Shown piece by piece: positions 1-11,887 of a stretch of 45,290 nucleotides of DNA. The stretch comes from Chiloscyllium plagiosum (taxonomy: Eukaryota). Positions within the stretch are counted from its first letter, which is position 1, and each line of letters begins with the position of its first letter. The stretch is taken from NCBI RefSeq assembly GCF_004010195.1, contig NC_057720.1:5494387-5539676 (forward strand). The letters run 5' to 3'. A program made the translations under genes and the position numbers. Under the pieces are notes generated by a model, which searched no databases, was not told the DNA's origin, and saw nothing but the letters and a program-made list of their open reading frames with translations.

Positions 1-227
1 CACAACATCTTTCCGATAGGAAGGAGACCAGAATTGCACGCAATATTCCAACAGTGGCCTAACCAATGTCCTGTACAGCCGCAACATGACCTCCCAACTC
101 CTGTACTCAATACTCTGACCAATAAAGGAAAGCATACCAAACGCCTTCTTCACTATCCTATCTACCTGCAACTCCACTTTCAAGGAGCTATGAACCTGCA
201 CTCCAAGGTGTCATTGTTCAGTAACTC
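1..227 (-). mobile_element. CR1 LINE ORF2 fragment, cut by the window edge
   Basis: Reverse complement of the CR1 copy at about 39270-39500 (EQRDLGVQVHSSLKV...EYRSWEVML...QFWS region). Confidence 0.9.
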
Positions 228-299
228 ATTCATTGAAAGGCAGAACAGGCTTGAAGGGTTGAGTGGCCTACTCATGTATCCTGTTAATATGTTCCCATT

Positions 300-1465
300 T
301 ACTAATTTCCAGTGTCCTTCCACATGGTAGAAATCACAGTTTTGCAAGGTGCAGTTAAAGGAGCCTTGGTGAGTTGTTGCCGTGCATCTTGTAGATGGTA
401 CACACTGCTGCCACTGTGTGCAGGTGGTGGGGCGTATGAATGTTTAAGTAGTTGAATGGGGTTCTGACCAAACAGGCTGCTTTGTCCTGGGTGCTGTTGA
501 ATTGCCTGAGTGTTGTTGGAGCTGCATCCATTCAGGCAACTGGGGAGTATTGCATTCCACTCCTGACTAGTGCCTTGTAGATGGTGGATTGGCTTTGGGG
601 AGTCAGGAAGTGAGTTACTTAGTGCAACAATCTCATTATACAGCTGTTTTTTTCAGTTCCTGGTCAATGATAAACCCCAGGATGTTGATAGTGGGGATTT
701 CAGTGATGGTAACACCATTGAATGTCAAGGGCTGCTGGTTAGATTGTTTCTTATTAGAGATGGTCATAGCTTGGCATTTGGTACGATGTTACTTGCTACT
801 CGTCAGCCCAAGTCTGGATGTTGTCCAGACCCTATTTCATATGGACACGGACTGCTTCAGCATCTGAGGAGTGGTGAATGGTGCCGAACACTGTGCAATC
901 ATCAGTGAACATCACACTTCTAATCTTATGATGGAGGGAAGGTCATTGATGAAGCTGCTGAAGATGATAAGACAGTAAAGCACTTAAAGTACACTGTCTT
1001 GGAGCTGAGATGACTGAAGTGTAATAACCACAACCATCTTCCTATGTGCCAGGTATAAGGGCATTCAGCTGAGAGCTTTCACCCGATTCTCACTGACTCA
1101 TTTTGCTAGGGCTCCTTGATGAAATACTGCTCAATCTCACGGGCAGTCACCGTCCCTCCCCCTCTTGAGTTTGGGTCTTTTGGAGCAAGACTGTACTGAA
1201 GTTTGAGGTAAATGCTCCCAGCAGAACCGTTCCTGAGTGACACTGTGCAGGTTATTGCTGAGTAAGTGTAGCTTGGTAACAATGTTGACTTCCCCTTCTG
1301 TCATTTTACTGAAGATTGAGAGTAGGCCGATCGGGCAGGAATTGTCCGGCTTGGATTTGTCCAGCTTTGTGTGTTCAGGACATACCTGGGCAACTTTCCA
1401 CATTGTTGGGTGGATGCCAGTGTTGTAACTATGCTGGAACACTTTAGCAAAGGGTGTTGCTCGAG
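300..1465 (-). mobile_element. CR1-group (L2/Crack-like) LINE, decayed RT region
   Basis: Minus ORF 1137-1442 reads FQHSYNTGIHPTMWKVAQVCP..K.DKSKPDNSCPIGLLSIFSKM, the non-LTR pre-RT NYRPISLL motif. Colinear with copies at 19645-20470 and 30135-31385. Clade assignment is tentative. Confidence 0.8.
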
Positions 1466-1799
1466 TGCATCATGTATACTAGGCAAAGCCAGATAAATAA
1501 ACCGTGGGAATTTGTTGAAAACGGGAGTTCTTGGAGGGAGTAGAGACCCAGAGGCTGGTGACAAGGTGGGATTGAATGCTGAGAAACAATAGCTTACTGC
1601 CATTCAGTCTAAAAATGGCACACTCATCTGTACCAGCAATAATGCTCCTTTTACACTTTCCTGTTCATTTGGCTGGCACTAACGGTTGTAATAAGTCAGA
1701 TTGAGAAGTGTCCCCAATCCAATTTCAGCCTGAACTCCATTCAACATTTAGCATCCAGCTAGAATTCAGTGTGTAGTTATGGGTTCCTTTGCTAATGCA

Positions 1800-2000
1800 G
1801 GATATAATGACCTTGGAAAGAGCTCAACAAAGGTTCTTGCAGCTTACTCCAAGGATGAGGGGGTTGTCCTTTGAGGAGTGAGTGGGTAAACTGACCCTAT
1901 TTCTGCCCTTGGAATTTGGAACAGGTGGGCTAATTTTTACCTTTTAGGTTTTGGAAGTGAAAGTCCAACGAGGTGGAGTTTTCCTCTGAACTGCTGAATT
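1800..2000 (+). mobile_element. Very old CR1 3' ORF2 remnant
   Basis: ggatataatgaccttggaaagagctcaacaaagg...gggttgtcctttgaggag resembles the DI..LERVQRRF...GLSYEERL segment seen in younger copies. Confidence 0.5.
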
Positions 2001-2271
2001 TAATGTGATGGCCAATTTAGATGATGGAATTTATCAAAAGATTTTCCGGCATATTCCACAGAAAACTTCTTCAGAAGCAAAATGTTTCTGACTGCATCAT
2101 GCTTTTCAGATGTAGAGGATTGAGATGGATTTGTAATTAGATGTTTCAGATTAGAAAGGGGGGAGTGAACCAACTGGGAATTTAGTCCCACCTCCGTGGG
2201 CAGGCAGGGAGGAGGTGGATGGGTGAGGGTAGAATTGGGTGGAAGCATTAAAAGAGGGGGTTCAGGTGAGT

Positions 2272-2625
2272 ACGGGATTCTTCAGGGGCTTGACAGGGTA
2301 AATGCTGAGAGGGTGTTCCCCGTCATGGGAAAGTTGAGGACCAAAGGGCACAGTCTCAGAATAAAGGAGGGACCAATTAAAGATTGAAATGAGGAGGAAA
2401 TCCTTCTGTCAGAGTCTTTGTAACTCCTTGCTATAGAGATCTATGGGGGCAGAGTCCTTAAGGCTGAGATAGATTCTTGACCAGTCAGTGAATCAAGGGT
2501 TACAAGGAAAAGGCAGGAAAGTGGATGTGAGGAATGTTGGATCAGCCATGATCCTATTGAATGGTGGAGCAGGCCCAAGGAGCTGAATGGCATCCTTCCT
2601 ATTCCTTTTTCTTATGATCATATGG
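2272..2625 (+). mobile_element. CR1 3' fragment with tail
   Basis: Translates as ILQGLDRVNAERVFPVMGKLRTKGHSLRIK, followed by the CR1 3'UTR (tcagccatgatc...gaatggtggagcagg...gaatggc). Confidence 0.85.
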
Positions 2626-2749
2626 GGAGTGGGGGAGGGGTGGGCAGTAGTTACAGTTGCCTTCTGGAACCTCCACAATGTAATTTTGGTCAGAGCTGAC
2701 CATCCCATCAGGAGGTCAGTGCAGTTCCTTAGGCAGCATGCCACAGTTT

Positions 2750-2771
2750 GAGAGAGAGAGAGAGAGAGAGA
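2750..2771. repeat. (GA)n microsatellite
   Basis: Direct dinucleotide run. Confidence 0.95.
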
Positions 2772-2784
2772 AAGTGACGGAAGA

Positions 2785-2935
2785 GTAGTGGTGGTGATAT
2801 TGGGCTAGGAACCTGGAGACTCAGCATAATAGTCTGCCGATATGAATTCTGACCTCACCTTGGAAGCTGGTGTAATTTAAAATTCAATATAAAAAATGCG
2901 CAACAGCAAAGTTGTCTCGGTAATGGTCACCAGGC
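2785..2935 (+). mobile_element. Degenerate 5' part of the tRNA-derived SINE (L2-like-tail family)
   Basis: tagtggt...ctggagactcagcataat...gctggtgtaatttaaaattcaat resembles the reverse complement of the copies ending near 29648, 31910 and 43340. Confidence 0.5.
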
Positions 2936-2947
2936 CTTTATACTCCA

Positions 2948-3165
2948 CGAGAAAGATCGAGAATGCTGGAGAAACTCAGCAGGTCTGGCAACATCCGTGG
3001 AGGCAGAAACAGTGTTAATGCTGTGAATCTCCAGTATGACTCTTCTTCAAGTCCTGAAGAATTCTGAAGAGAAGGACGCAAAACAATAGCTCTGGCCAGA
3101 CCTGAGTTTCTCCAGGGAGGGCTCTTAGTATTTCCAGCATCCACAGTATTTTGCCTTTATTCCAG
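2948..3165. mobile_element. Penelope terminal-repeat-derived fold-back fragment
   Basis: ctggagaaactcagcaggtctggc (left) is inverted as gccagacctgagtttctccag (right); a decayed hammerhead-like motif lies on the minus strand at about 3017-3051. Confidence 0.7.
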
Positions 3166-3227
3166 TGTTCGCGTTGCTGCTGCACTCTGAAGTAGACCAC
3201 TCCAAAGATTCACCATCAACATTTGTC

Positions 3228-3562
3228 TTCATAGAATCCCCATAGTGTGAAAGCAGGCCATTTGGTCCATCAGGTCCACACTGCTCCTCCATACAGCATC
3301 CTACCCAGACCAACGCTTTATCCTATAACCCTGCATTTCCCATGGCCAATCCATACAGCCAGCATGCCCCCTGGACACTATGGGCAATTTATCATGGCCA
3401 ATCCATCCTAACCTGCCGTCTATGGACTGTGGAAGGAAACTGGAGTACCCAGGGGAAACCCACTTAGGAGAATGTGCAAACTCCACACAGATAGTTGCCT
3501 GAGGCTGGAATCGAATGCAGGTCCCTAGCACTGTGAGGCAATAGTGCTAACCACTGAGCTAC
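3228..3562 (-). mobile_element. HE1-type V-SINE
   Basis: Minus-strand tRNA head (gctcagtggttagcac...ttcgattcc), V-domain tgtgtggagtttgcacattctcc, CR1-like tail. Confidence 0.9.
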
Positions 3563-3959
3563 TCTTAATCTGATCTTTAGATCAGTTCTAAATCATCCCC
3601 TGAGGGGTTTGCTGAGGGGGCTGAAAGTGAATTGCTGTTCAATGTTGGAGTAGTGATGCACAGCAAAGCCTTGGTCCCTCATCATTTACCTCCAGATGTT
3701 AAAGTCAGAAGCCACTTTGCAGCTGCAGTAGTCACTCGTCTTCCCATTCTCTTGGAGATCTTCAGCTCCATGATGCAATAATAGCTGACATCAATATGCT
3801 TGGTGACAGAACTCAGGGAAGTGTGAATGACCGTTTCTGAACTCGAGTTGAACTATATTGCCATGGCGATTTAAAGAGTGGCAGCCATAAGGTAAAAAGT
3901 TTTGAATTCATTGGGCATCACCGCCAAGACAGGCCAATTAAACTAACAGGTAGGTGGCT

Positions 3960-4140
3960 CTCAAAATGTCACCAAGCCACAAATGGTTAGATTATGAAGA
4001 GAAACTACATAAATGAGGTTTGCATTCCCCGCCTCCCCCCGATGTAGAAGGCTAAACGTTCATTTGAATGAGTTGTTTGAAGATGTTGGAAGTCGTTGGT
4101 AAGGTGTAGATAAGCAGAAGCTATTTTTGCTATTGGAGGC
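3960..4140 (+). mobile_element. Old CR1 3' ORF2 remnant
   Basis: ggttagattatgaagagaaactacat...gtagaaggctaa...aagctatttt resembles the GLDYEERL...RRLRGDL...KLF segment. Confidence 0.5.
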
Positions 4141-5120
4141 CGTGGGGAGAAGTGATTCAGCAAGAAGCTAGTGAGTACTGCAGATGTTCAACAGCAGTTT
4201 GCTTTCTGTCAATTGCCCTCTGTAGAGGAGGAGAAAAAAACAAATTGAGTTGGATCCCTATTTCTGAAAGGTGTGTGCAGGTTGGTACTGAATGGAACAC
4301 AGTCCATCATGTGGCAAGTTACACTTTCTGCAAAATAAATCAGCAGCAGTTTATCTGTTGATGTTTATGTTTCATATAGTCTCATCATTTTGCAAGCATC
4401 TGCCAGTTGGCAGCCAAACCCCGTCATTGTTTTATCTGCTCCACATATTTTTACAATACTCCATCAGAAACCTATCTACCAACTGCTAAAAATAACAGCT
4501 CATGGTTGTCCCTAATAAGTAACCACGACAGTGTGCACTTATCATCTAGAGAGGGAGATGCTGCCAAAGGAGCCATTTGTTTGATGAAAAGATTTCTCCC
4601 AGTCAATGAAATCCTGAGCCCCTCCTCCACTCCTGAAGCCATCATTTCTTGCTGGGGAATCCTTCTCATTCCATTCAGTTTATGTTCCAGGGGAATCTCC
4701 CACCCAAAAAAATGATGAGGTCACTGAAGGTCATCCATCGCAGCCAAAGGGGTCTGAAAGTTCCCTGTCCAAGCCACTTCCGTTGTGCAACAGTAAAGGT
4801 TTCTCTCCATTATAAAGTTAGGAATGAGTGATTCTTCAGTTTAAACTCTATTGAATCCCCACACAGAAGTTTATAGCCCAGAGTCAGCAGTGGCTTCATC
4901 AGTGATCTTCCCTCCATCAGAAGTGGGGATATTCGCTGATAATGTGAATAATTGAGGCCCAACACAGATCCTTGTGGGACACCACTGGTCACATCTTGCC
5001 AATTTGAGTACCTTCCTAATCCTAATTGCCAGCCATTCACCCAAATTCCTATCCCTTTCAGTAATTTGCCTTCAATTTCATGGGCTTCCATTTTAGCTAA
5101 CAGTCTCTTATGTGCGACTT

Positions 5121-5618
5121 AGAGTCATAGACTCATAGAGATGTACAGCATGGAAACAGACCCTACAGTCCAACTCGTCCATGCCGACCAGATATCCCAA
5201 CCCAATCTCATCCCACCCACCAGCACCCGGCCTATATCCTCCAAACCCTTCCTATTCATATACCCATCCAGATGCCTTTTAAATGCTGTAATTGGACTAG
5301 CCTCCACCACTTCTTCTGGCAGCTCATTCCTCACCCTCTGCGTGAAAAAGAGGTCTCTTAAGTCTCTTTTATATCTTTCCCCTCTCACCCTAAACCTATG
5401 CCCTCTAGTTCTGGACTGCCCCACCCCAGGGAAGAGACTTTGTCTATTTATCCTATCCATGCCCCTCATGATTTTATAAACCTCTATCAGGTCACCCCTC
5501 AGCCTCCAACACTCCAGGGAAAACAGCCCCAGCCTATTCAACCTCTCCCTGTAGCTCAAATCCTCCAACCTGGCAACATCCTTGTAAATCTTTTCTGAAC
5601 CCTTTCATGTTTCACAAC
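5121..5618 (-). mobile_element. Young CR1 3' fragment inserted in the old CR1
   Basis: ORF 5125-5568 EDLSYRERLNRLGLFSL...RLRGDLIEVYKIMRG...TRGH; tail ctctatgagtctatgactct. Confidence 0.92.
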
Positions 5619-6067
5619 AACTTTATCAGATGTGTTCTGAAAGACCATATAAACAACTTCTGTAGACATTCCAGTGTCCACCATTTTAGTCAGCTTTTCA
5701 AAGAATTCAGTGAGGTTTGTCAGGCATGATTGACCTGTCATAAATCCCTGCTGGCTCTCTCTGATGCACTGAATATTTTGGAGGTGTTCAGTTACTCTAT
5801 CTTGATTACAGACTCCAGTAATTTCCCCACGACAGATGTTGGACTAACTAGTCTGTAATTTCCTTGTTTTGCTCTTTCTCCCTTCTTAAAAAGTGGAATG
5901 ACATGTGCAATTTCCCAATCCAGAGGGAGGACTCCAGGATCTAGAGAGTGCTGAAAGATTATAGATGCGCTGTCGACAATGTATTCCCTTATTTCCTAAA
6001 ACACCTTTAGATGGAACTGTTAGGACCTGGGTATTTTGCACTTTTTAGTTCCATTTTATTTCTTACT

Positions 6068-6328
6068 TAGCAGCTATTCAATCTCCCAGGCTGACCTTTA
6101 CCTATTCCTTTGTCTGACCAACTATTTTACTCTCTGTGGGCTCCATCTCCACCTATCATTTATTGCTCTCTGCTACCTTCACCTCATCTTCAGCACATAA
6201 ACCAACCTTTTCCCAACTGCAATCAGTTCTGTAGAAGGGTCACTGGACCCGAAACGCTAACTCTGCTTTCCCTGTACAGATGCTGCCAGACCTGCTGAGT
6301 TTCTCCAGAAATTCATGGTTTTGTTTCT
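6068..6328 (+). mobile_element. Penelope terminal-repeat fragment with decayed hammerhead motif
   Basis: CTGTAGA-A-GGGTC-ACTG-GACCC-GAAA-CGCT at 6229-6258, followed by gatgctgccagacctgctgag as in other Penelope ends. Confidence 0.75.
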
Positions 6329-6356
6329 GCTTACGTTAATTTTAGTCAGTCCCTTT

Positions 6357-6415
6357 CCCAACCCTAGCCCTAACCATAACCCTAGCCCTTACCCTAACCC
6401 TAACCCTAACCCTAT
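6357..6415 (-). repeat. Interstitial telomeric repeat (CCCTAA)n, about 10 units, partly degenerate
   Basis: cccaaccctagccctaaccataaccctagcccttaccctaaccctaaccctaacccta; TTAGGG on the minus strand. Confidence 0.9.
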
Positions 6416-7227
6416 TGCTTTCCTTGGGATTTTGGCATGCTATCCTCCTTTTCTACTGTAAAGACTGAGACAAAGTAATTCTTTAACATGTCTGCCATTT
6501 CCCTGTAGTCTTGAGTGGGGTAGAATTGCTCCTGATCGCCTGCCCCCCCCTTACGTAACTATAACGTTTCTTCTTATTGATTTTGGCAAGTTTCTTTTTA
6601 TGTTCCCTTTTATGAGCTCTTTTAAGCTGTTTGTGGCCCTTTGCAGGGTTTTTGTGTCCATCTCATTCAGCAGTATCTGTGGCTTTTGTGTTTTTGCAAC
6701 CCCTTTTGTTTAGTTCAGTGTTGTCCCTTATCTTTCCAGCTGTTCATGGTTTATTTTCAGTGACGTGGGGCTTTGTCTTCTCGAGAGTATAAACTGGTTC
6801 TGTATTACATTCAAAGTTTCTTTAAACATTCTCCACATTTCTTCAGTTGTTCACTCATTAGCAGATTTTCCCAGTTTACTGGACAGACTCTGTATCATCT
6901 CAGTTAAATTTTAGCCTTACCTAAGTCTAAAATCTAGTAGCTGGTTTGTGCTTTTCACTTTCAAACACTACATCGATCATGTTATAACCATTATTAGTTA
7001 AATGTTCATGCACAATTAGGTTATTAATCAAATCTTGCTCATTTACTCATTGATAAATCCAATATTGCTTGTCGTCTTGTTGCATCCAGGACATATTGCT
7101 GTAGGAAACTATTGCGGACACCCACCAGAATTCACTATCTTTCTGACAGCAATTTGCCTGCCTTCCCTAATCTATGTTAAAGTTAAAATCTCCCATTAAT
7201 ACTGCACTGGCTTTGCTACAACATTTA

Positions 7228-7347
7228 GGCCGAAATGGGTACTGCAGATGCTGGAGATCAGATTCAGGATTAGAGTGGTGCTAGAAAAGCACAGCAGATC
7301 AGGCAGCATCCAAGGAGCAGGAAAATTGATGTTTCGGGCAAAAGCCC
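7228..7347 (-). mobile_element. Penelope (Neptune-like) terminal fragment
   Basis: Matches 23779-23900 and 33499-33620; breaks off inside the hammerhead motif (gtttcgggcaaaagccc). Confidence 0.8.
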
Positions 7348-7361
7348 AAAATTTCTGCAAT

Positions 7362-8460
7362 TGGTAAGGCTCCCCATGGTAGGCTATTGCAGAAAATACA
7401 GAGGCATGGGATTGAGAGTGACTTAGTTGTTTGGCTCAGTAATTGGCTGAAAGAAGATAGAGAGTGGTGGTTGATGGGAAATGTTCATCCTGGACCTCAG
7501 TTACTAGTGATGTACTGCAAGGATCTGTTTTGGGGCCACTGCTGTTTGTCATTTTTATAAATGAGCTGAATGTGGACATAGAAGGATGGGATATTAAATT
7601 TGGGATAACACTAAGGTCGATAGAGTTGTGGATAGTGCCGAAGGATGTTGCAGGTCACAGAAGGACATAGATAAGCTACAGAGCTGGGCTGAGAGGTAGC
7701 AAATGGAGTTTAATGCGGAAAAGTGTGAGGTGATTCACTTTGGAAGGATAACACAAATACAAGTACTGGGTTAATGGTAAGATTTTTGGTAGTGTAATGA
7801 GCAGAGAGATCTTGATGTCTATGTGCATAGATCCTTGTAAGTTGCCACGCAGGTTGAAAGGGGTGTTAAGAAGGCATATGGTGTCTTCGCTTTGATTGGT
7901 AGAGGCTATGAGGTCATGTGGAGCTGTACAAAACTCTGGTGCAGCTGCACTTGGAGAACTGCATACAGTTCTGGTCACCACATTACAAGAAGGATGTGAA
8001 AGTGTTGGAGAGGGTTCAGTGGAGATTTAATAGGTTGTTGCCTAGTATGGAGGGAAGGTCTTATGGGGAAAGGCTGAGGGAATTGAGGCTGTTTTCATTA
8101 GAGAGAAAAAAGTTGAGGGATGACTTAATAGACACATCCAAGATGATCAGAGGATTAGAGAGGGTGGACAGTAAGAACTTTTTCCCTTGGATGGTGATGG
8201 CTAGCATGAGGAGACATAGCTTTAAATTGAGGGGTGATAGATATTGGACAGATGTCAGAGGTAGGTTCTTTACTCAGAGAGTAGCAACAGTAGTAGACTC
8301 GCCAACTTTAATGGCATTTAAATGGTCTTTGGATAAACATATGGATGAAAATGGAATAGTGTAGGTTAGATGGGCTTCAGATTGGTTCCACAGGTTGGCG
8401 CAATATCGAGGGCCGAAGGGCCTGTGCTGAGCTGGAATGTTCCATGTTCTATGTTCTATG
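7362..8460 (+). mobile_element. CR1 5'-truncated copy
   Basis: VTSDVLQGSVLGPLLFVIFINEL; LYKTLV..HLENCIQFWSPHYKKDV..LERVQ; tail (ttctatg)n. Confidence 0.92.
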
Positions 8461-8639
8461 CATTTATACAATCTAGCACTTCAGAGCTGCTATCAACAGC
8501 TTTGTACACAACACAGATTGCACTTATAAGGTCTTCACTGAATGCTTTCCCCTCATGATGTCCTCCATCACTATTAAAATAATGTTGTTTTCAGCCAGTA
8601 AGGCTACTCCACCTCCCCTGCCATTTTTCCTGTCTATCC

Positions 8640-9880
8640 TGGGGAGAAGGTAGCAAAGAGTACAATAGGTGAATGGGGGTGGGGATGGAGGTGATAGGTC
8701 AGAGGGGAGGGTGGAGTGGATAGGTGGGAAGGGAGATGGACAGGTCATGAGGACAGTGCTGAGCTGGAAGGTTGGAACTGAGGTAAGGTGGGGGATGGGG
8801 AAATGAGGACAATAATGAAGTCCACATTGATGCCCTGGGATTGAAGTGTTCCGAGGCGGAAGATGAGGTGCTCTTCCTCCAGGCGTCAGGTGGTGAGGGA
8901 GCGGCAATGGAGGAGGCCCAGGATCTGCATGTCCTCGGCAGAGTGGGAGGGGGAGTTGAAATGTTGGGCCACAGGGCGATGTGGTTGATTGGTGCGGGTG
9001 TCCCGGAGATGTTCCCTAAAGCGCTCTGCTAGGAGGCATCCAACCTCATCAATGTAGAGGAGACCACATCGGTAGCAACGGATACAATAAATGACATTGA
9101 TGGATGTGCAGGTAAAACTTTGATGGATGTGGAAGGCTCCTTTGGGGCTTTGGATGATGGTGAGGGAGGAGTTGTGGGCGCAGGTTTTGCAATTCCTGCG
9201 GTGGCAGGGGAGGGTGCCAGGAAGGGAGGGTGGGTTGTTGGGGGGCGTGGACCTGACCAAGTAGTCACAGAGGGAACGGTCTTTGCAGAAGGCAGAAAGG
9301 GGTGGGGAGCGAAATATATCCCTGGTGGTGGGGTCAGTTTGAAGGTGCGGAAATGTCTGCGGATAATGCAATTTATGCGAAGGTTGGTAGGGTGGAAAGT
9401 GAGGACCAGGGGTGTTCTGTCCTTGTTACGGTTGGAGGGGTGGGGTTTGAGGGCGGAGGGGCGGGATGTGGATGAGATGCGTTAGAGGGTATCTTCAACC
9501 ACATGAGAAGGGAAATTGTGAACTTTAAAGAAGGAAGCCATCTGGTGTGTTCTGTGGTGGAACTGGTCCTCCTGGGAGCAGATATGGTAGAGGCGGAGGA
9601 ATTGGGAATATGGGATGGCATTTTTGCAGGAGGTAGTGTGGGAAGAGGTGTAATCCAGGTAGCTGTGGGAGTCGGTGGGTTTGTAAAAAATGTCCGTGTC
9701 AAGTTGGTCGTCATTAATGGAGATGGAGAGGTCCAGGAAGGGGAGGCAGGTATCAGAGATGGTCCAGGTGAATTTAAGGTCAGGGTGGAATGTGTTGGTG
9801 AAGTTGATGAACTGCTCAACCTTCTCGCGGGAGCACGAGGTGGTGCCGATGCAGTCATCAATGTAACGGAGGAAGAGGTG
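8640..9880 (-). mobile_element. Penelope-like element (Neptune-like): RT C-terminus, Cys motif and GIY-YIG endonuclease, disrupted
   Basis: Minus strand reads YIDDCIG...FHPDLKFTW...LPFLDL...IFYKPTDSHSYLDYTSSH, then PCHRRNCKTCAH and NVIYCIRCYRCGLLYIDE...LAERFREH. Confidence 0.92.
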
Positions 9881-10159
9881 ATGGCTACAATATCATAATC
9901 TGCAATTTGAATTTGTGCCTTCAGATCATTTCATTCATTCCTTGAACTCTGTGCATTCATATAGAACCCCTATTTGAGCCACACACTTTAAGCTGTGCCT
10001 CACTTGTTTATTATTTCTCTCTTTCAGTTAAATCAATACACTTCTGACTATGACCTTCCCTTCCTGAGGCACAACTCCTGTTTCTTAACTGCCCGCTGCA
10101 ATTGCACAGGAAACTACTTGGTTCCAGTTTCTCTAACCTAACATTGTCTCTAAAATCAC

Positions 10160-10325
10160 ACATACCTGGAATATTCCTGGTAAGTCACCTCTGTACTCTC
10201 TTAAGGGTCCTCACATTCTCACTAAACTGTGGTAATCAGAATTGGAAGCAATATTCCAGTTTAATCCAATGCTTTAGCCAGGTTAAGTATAGCTTCCTGG
10301 CTATTCAACCTTCCTTCGAATTATG
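10160..10325 (-). mobile_element. Old CR1 fragment
   Basis: Reverse complement encodes an LEYCFQF.LPQ...NVRTLKRVQR.LTR-like segment. Confidence 0.6.
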
Positions 10326-11607
10326 AAGCTCTCGGAATTATGTTGTTTGTTCCCTAAAGAACACCACTCCCCTGCCCTAAAGAATGTGCAGGTTATATTA
10401 TGTAGGGGTGTCTGTGTCTCCCTAATTGTGGTCCTACCTCTCCCATCCAACCTTCCCTTCACACAAAATTTCAATGTTTAGTGCAGTATTTTGAACACTT
10501 TCCCGTTTAGGAGTATAGGAATACTAACTGGTTGGACCTAATTCCTGGAGACTTCTCCAATGACGTTGTATCCCACCAATCCCAACCAAACAGTCTGACT
10601 CCCCCCACTACCCCAAAACCTGTATCTTTGATAACAGAAGCGCTAAAAAAAATGACAACACACACAATGTTTTAATCTGTTTCCCACTCCTGTCCTGGTT
10701 TGCTTACTACAATCTATAACAATTGAAATCCTGGAGACTTCAGACTCATTGGAATAATATGCTGTCTTTATGGTTCTATCCCTCAAGACTAAAGCCATTA
10801 GGATGCTGGACACCACGTTTGCTGACTGTTCTGTTCTGCTCTGTGCTTTTTTATACCTAATTAAGATGGGGATTTTTAAATTTTAAATTCTAATGCTTAG
10901 AGGCTGTTGCATTGCTTTTAAGATGTAAAATTATTAATTCTCACACTAGCTACAGTTTTAGGGAAAGCTCATATGTTGGTAATCCTGTGCTCTGTCATTC
11001 TGTCCAGGAAAAAATATGATATGTTGAATTCTGGTGATTACATATGAGGAAGAAGTTGTTCTGGTGACAGTGTAACCACCTTGCAACTGTGTTCAAAAAG
11101 GAACTATGATTTTACAACACAGCAGACTCACCATTAACCCCAAGTGTAATCAGCAGTATTGCAGAGCTTATTTTTACATGGTGGAGTATCAAGGATGGGC
11201 TGCCTAATTATAGCTCTTTTTAAGTAATTCATTTTCTTCGCAACATGTCACCTCCCACCCGCTGCCTCCTGACTGCAGTGAATTATTATCACACCGTGTT
11301 TCTGTGATATAGTTTTGCAAAGGCTGCTAACAGCATTAGTGCAGCAGGCTTCCTGGTTCTGTACGTCCGTCTTCCTTGCTGTTAGTGTTGTACAAGCTCT
11401 CTCAATTTCTCAGCACGTGGTTGTTCGAGTTTTATATTGAATGTCGGCAAATGCCCTTTGAACTGAGTGGCTTGCTGGGCCATTTCAGAGGGTAGTTTAG
11501 AGTCAACTACATCACCATGGGTCTCGAGTCACACGGGGGCCAGACCAGGAAGGAATGGCTGATTTTCCATCTCAAAGACATCAGGGAAACGCATGAGATT
11601 TTATGAT

Positions 11608-11822
11608 TGACAAGAGTAGAAAATGCTGGAAAAGCTCAGCAGGTCTGGCACCATCTGTGGAGAGAAATCAGAGTTAACATTTTGGGTTGCGTGACCCTTC
11701 CTCAGAACTGAAACATTAACTCTGATTTCTCTTCACAGATACTGCCAGACCTGCTGAGCATTTCCAGTAATTTCTATTTTTGTCTCAGATGTACAGCAGC
11801 TACAGTTCTTTCGGTTATTATT
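11608..11822. mobile_element. Fold-back Penelope mini-insert
   Basis: Inverted arms about 11615-11682 and 11711-11778; decayed minus-strand hammerhead at 11676-11705; degenerate TSD tgagattttatgat (11594-11607) / tgggatcttatgat (11823-11836), 12/14. Confidence 0.8.
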
Positions 11823-11887
11823 TGGGATCTTATGATGATCAGTAAAAGATTGCTTCAAAATTCTAGATGTTTTAAATTGCATTCCAA

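Larger units (their letters stand above)
4945..9975 (-). mobile_element. Old CR1 ORF2 (APE endonuclease to RT), split by nested insertions
   Basis: Motifs occur in correct minus-strand order: YMNAQS..N..DLKAQIQIADYDIVAI (about 9970-9881), RIDRKNGRGGGVALL (8640-8595), AVLMGDFNF (about 7210-7180), QSCLTNLTEFFEK...VYMVFQ...DKV (5735-5620), WQDVTSGVPQGSVLG (5002-4955). Confidence 0.85.

Noticed and set aside
3695..3895. Candidate exon (ctccag ... aag|gtaaaa)
   Set aside because: All three plus-strand frames contain stops and no peptide is recognisable.
6647..6682. V(D)J recombination signal (ggtttttgt nonamer)
   Set aside because: No cactgtg heptamer at 12 or 23 spacing, it lies within CR1, and no V or J segment is nearby.
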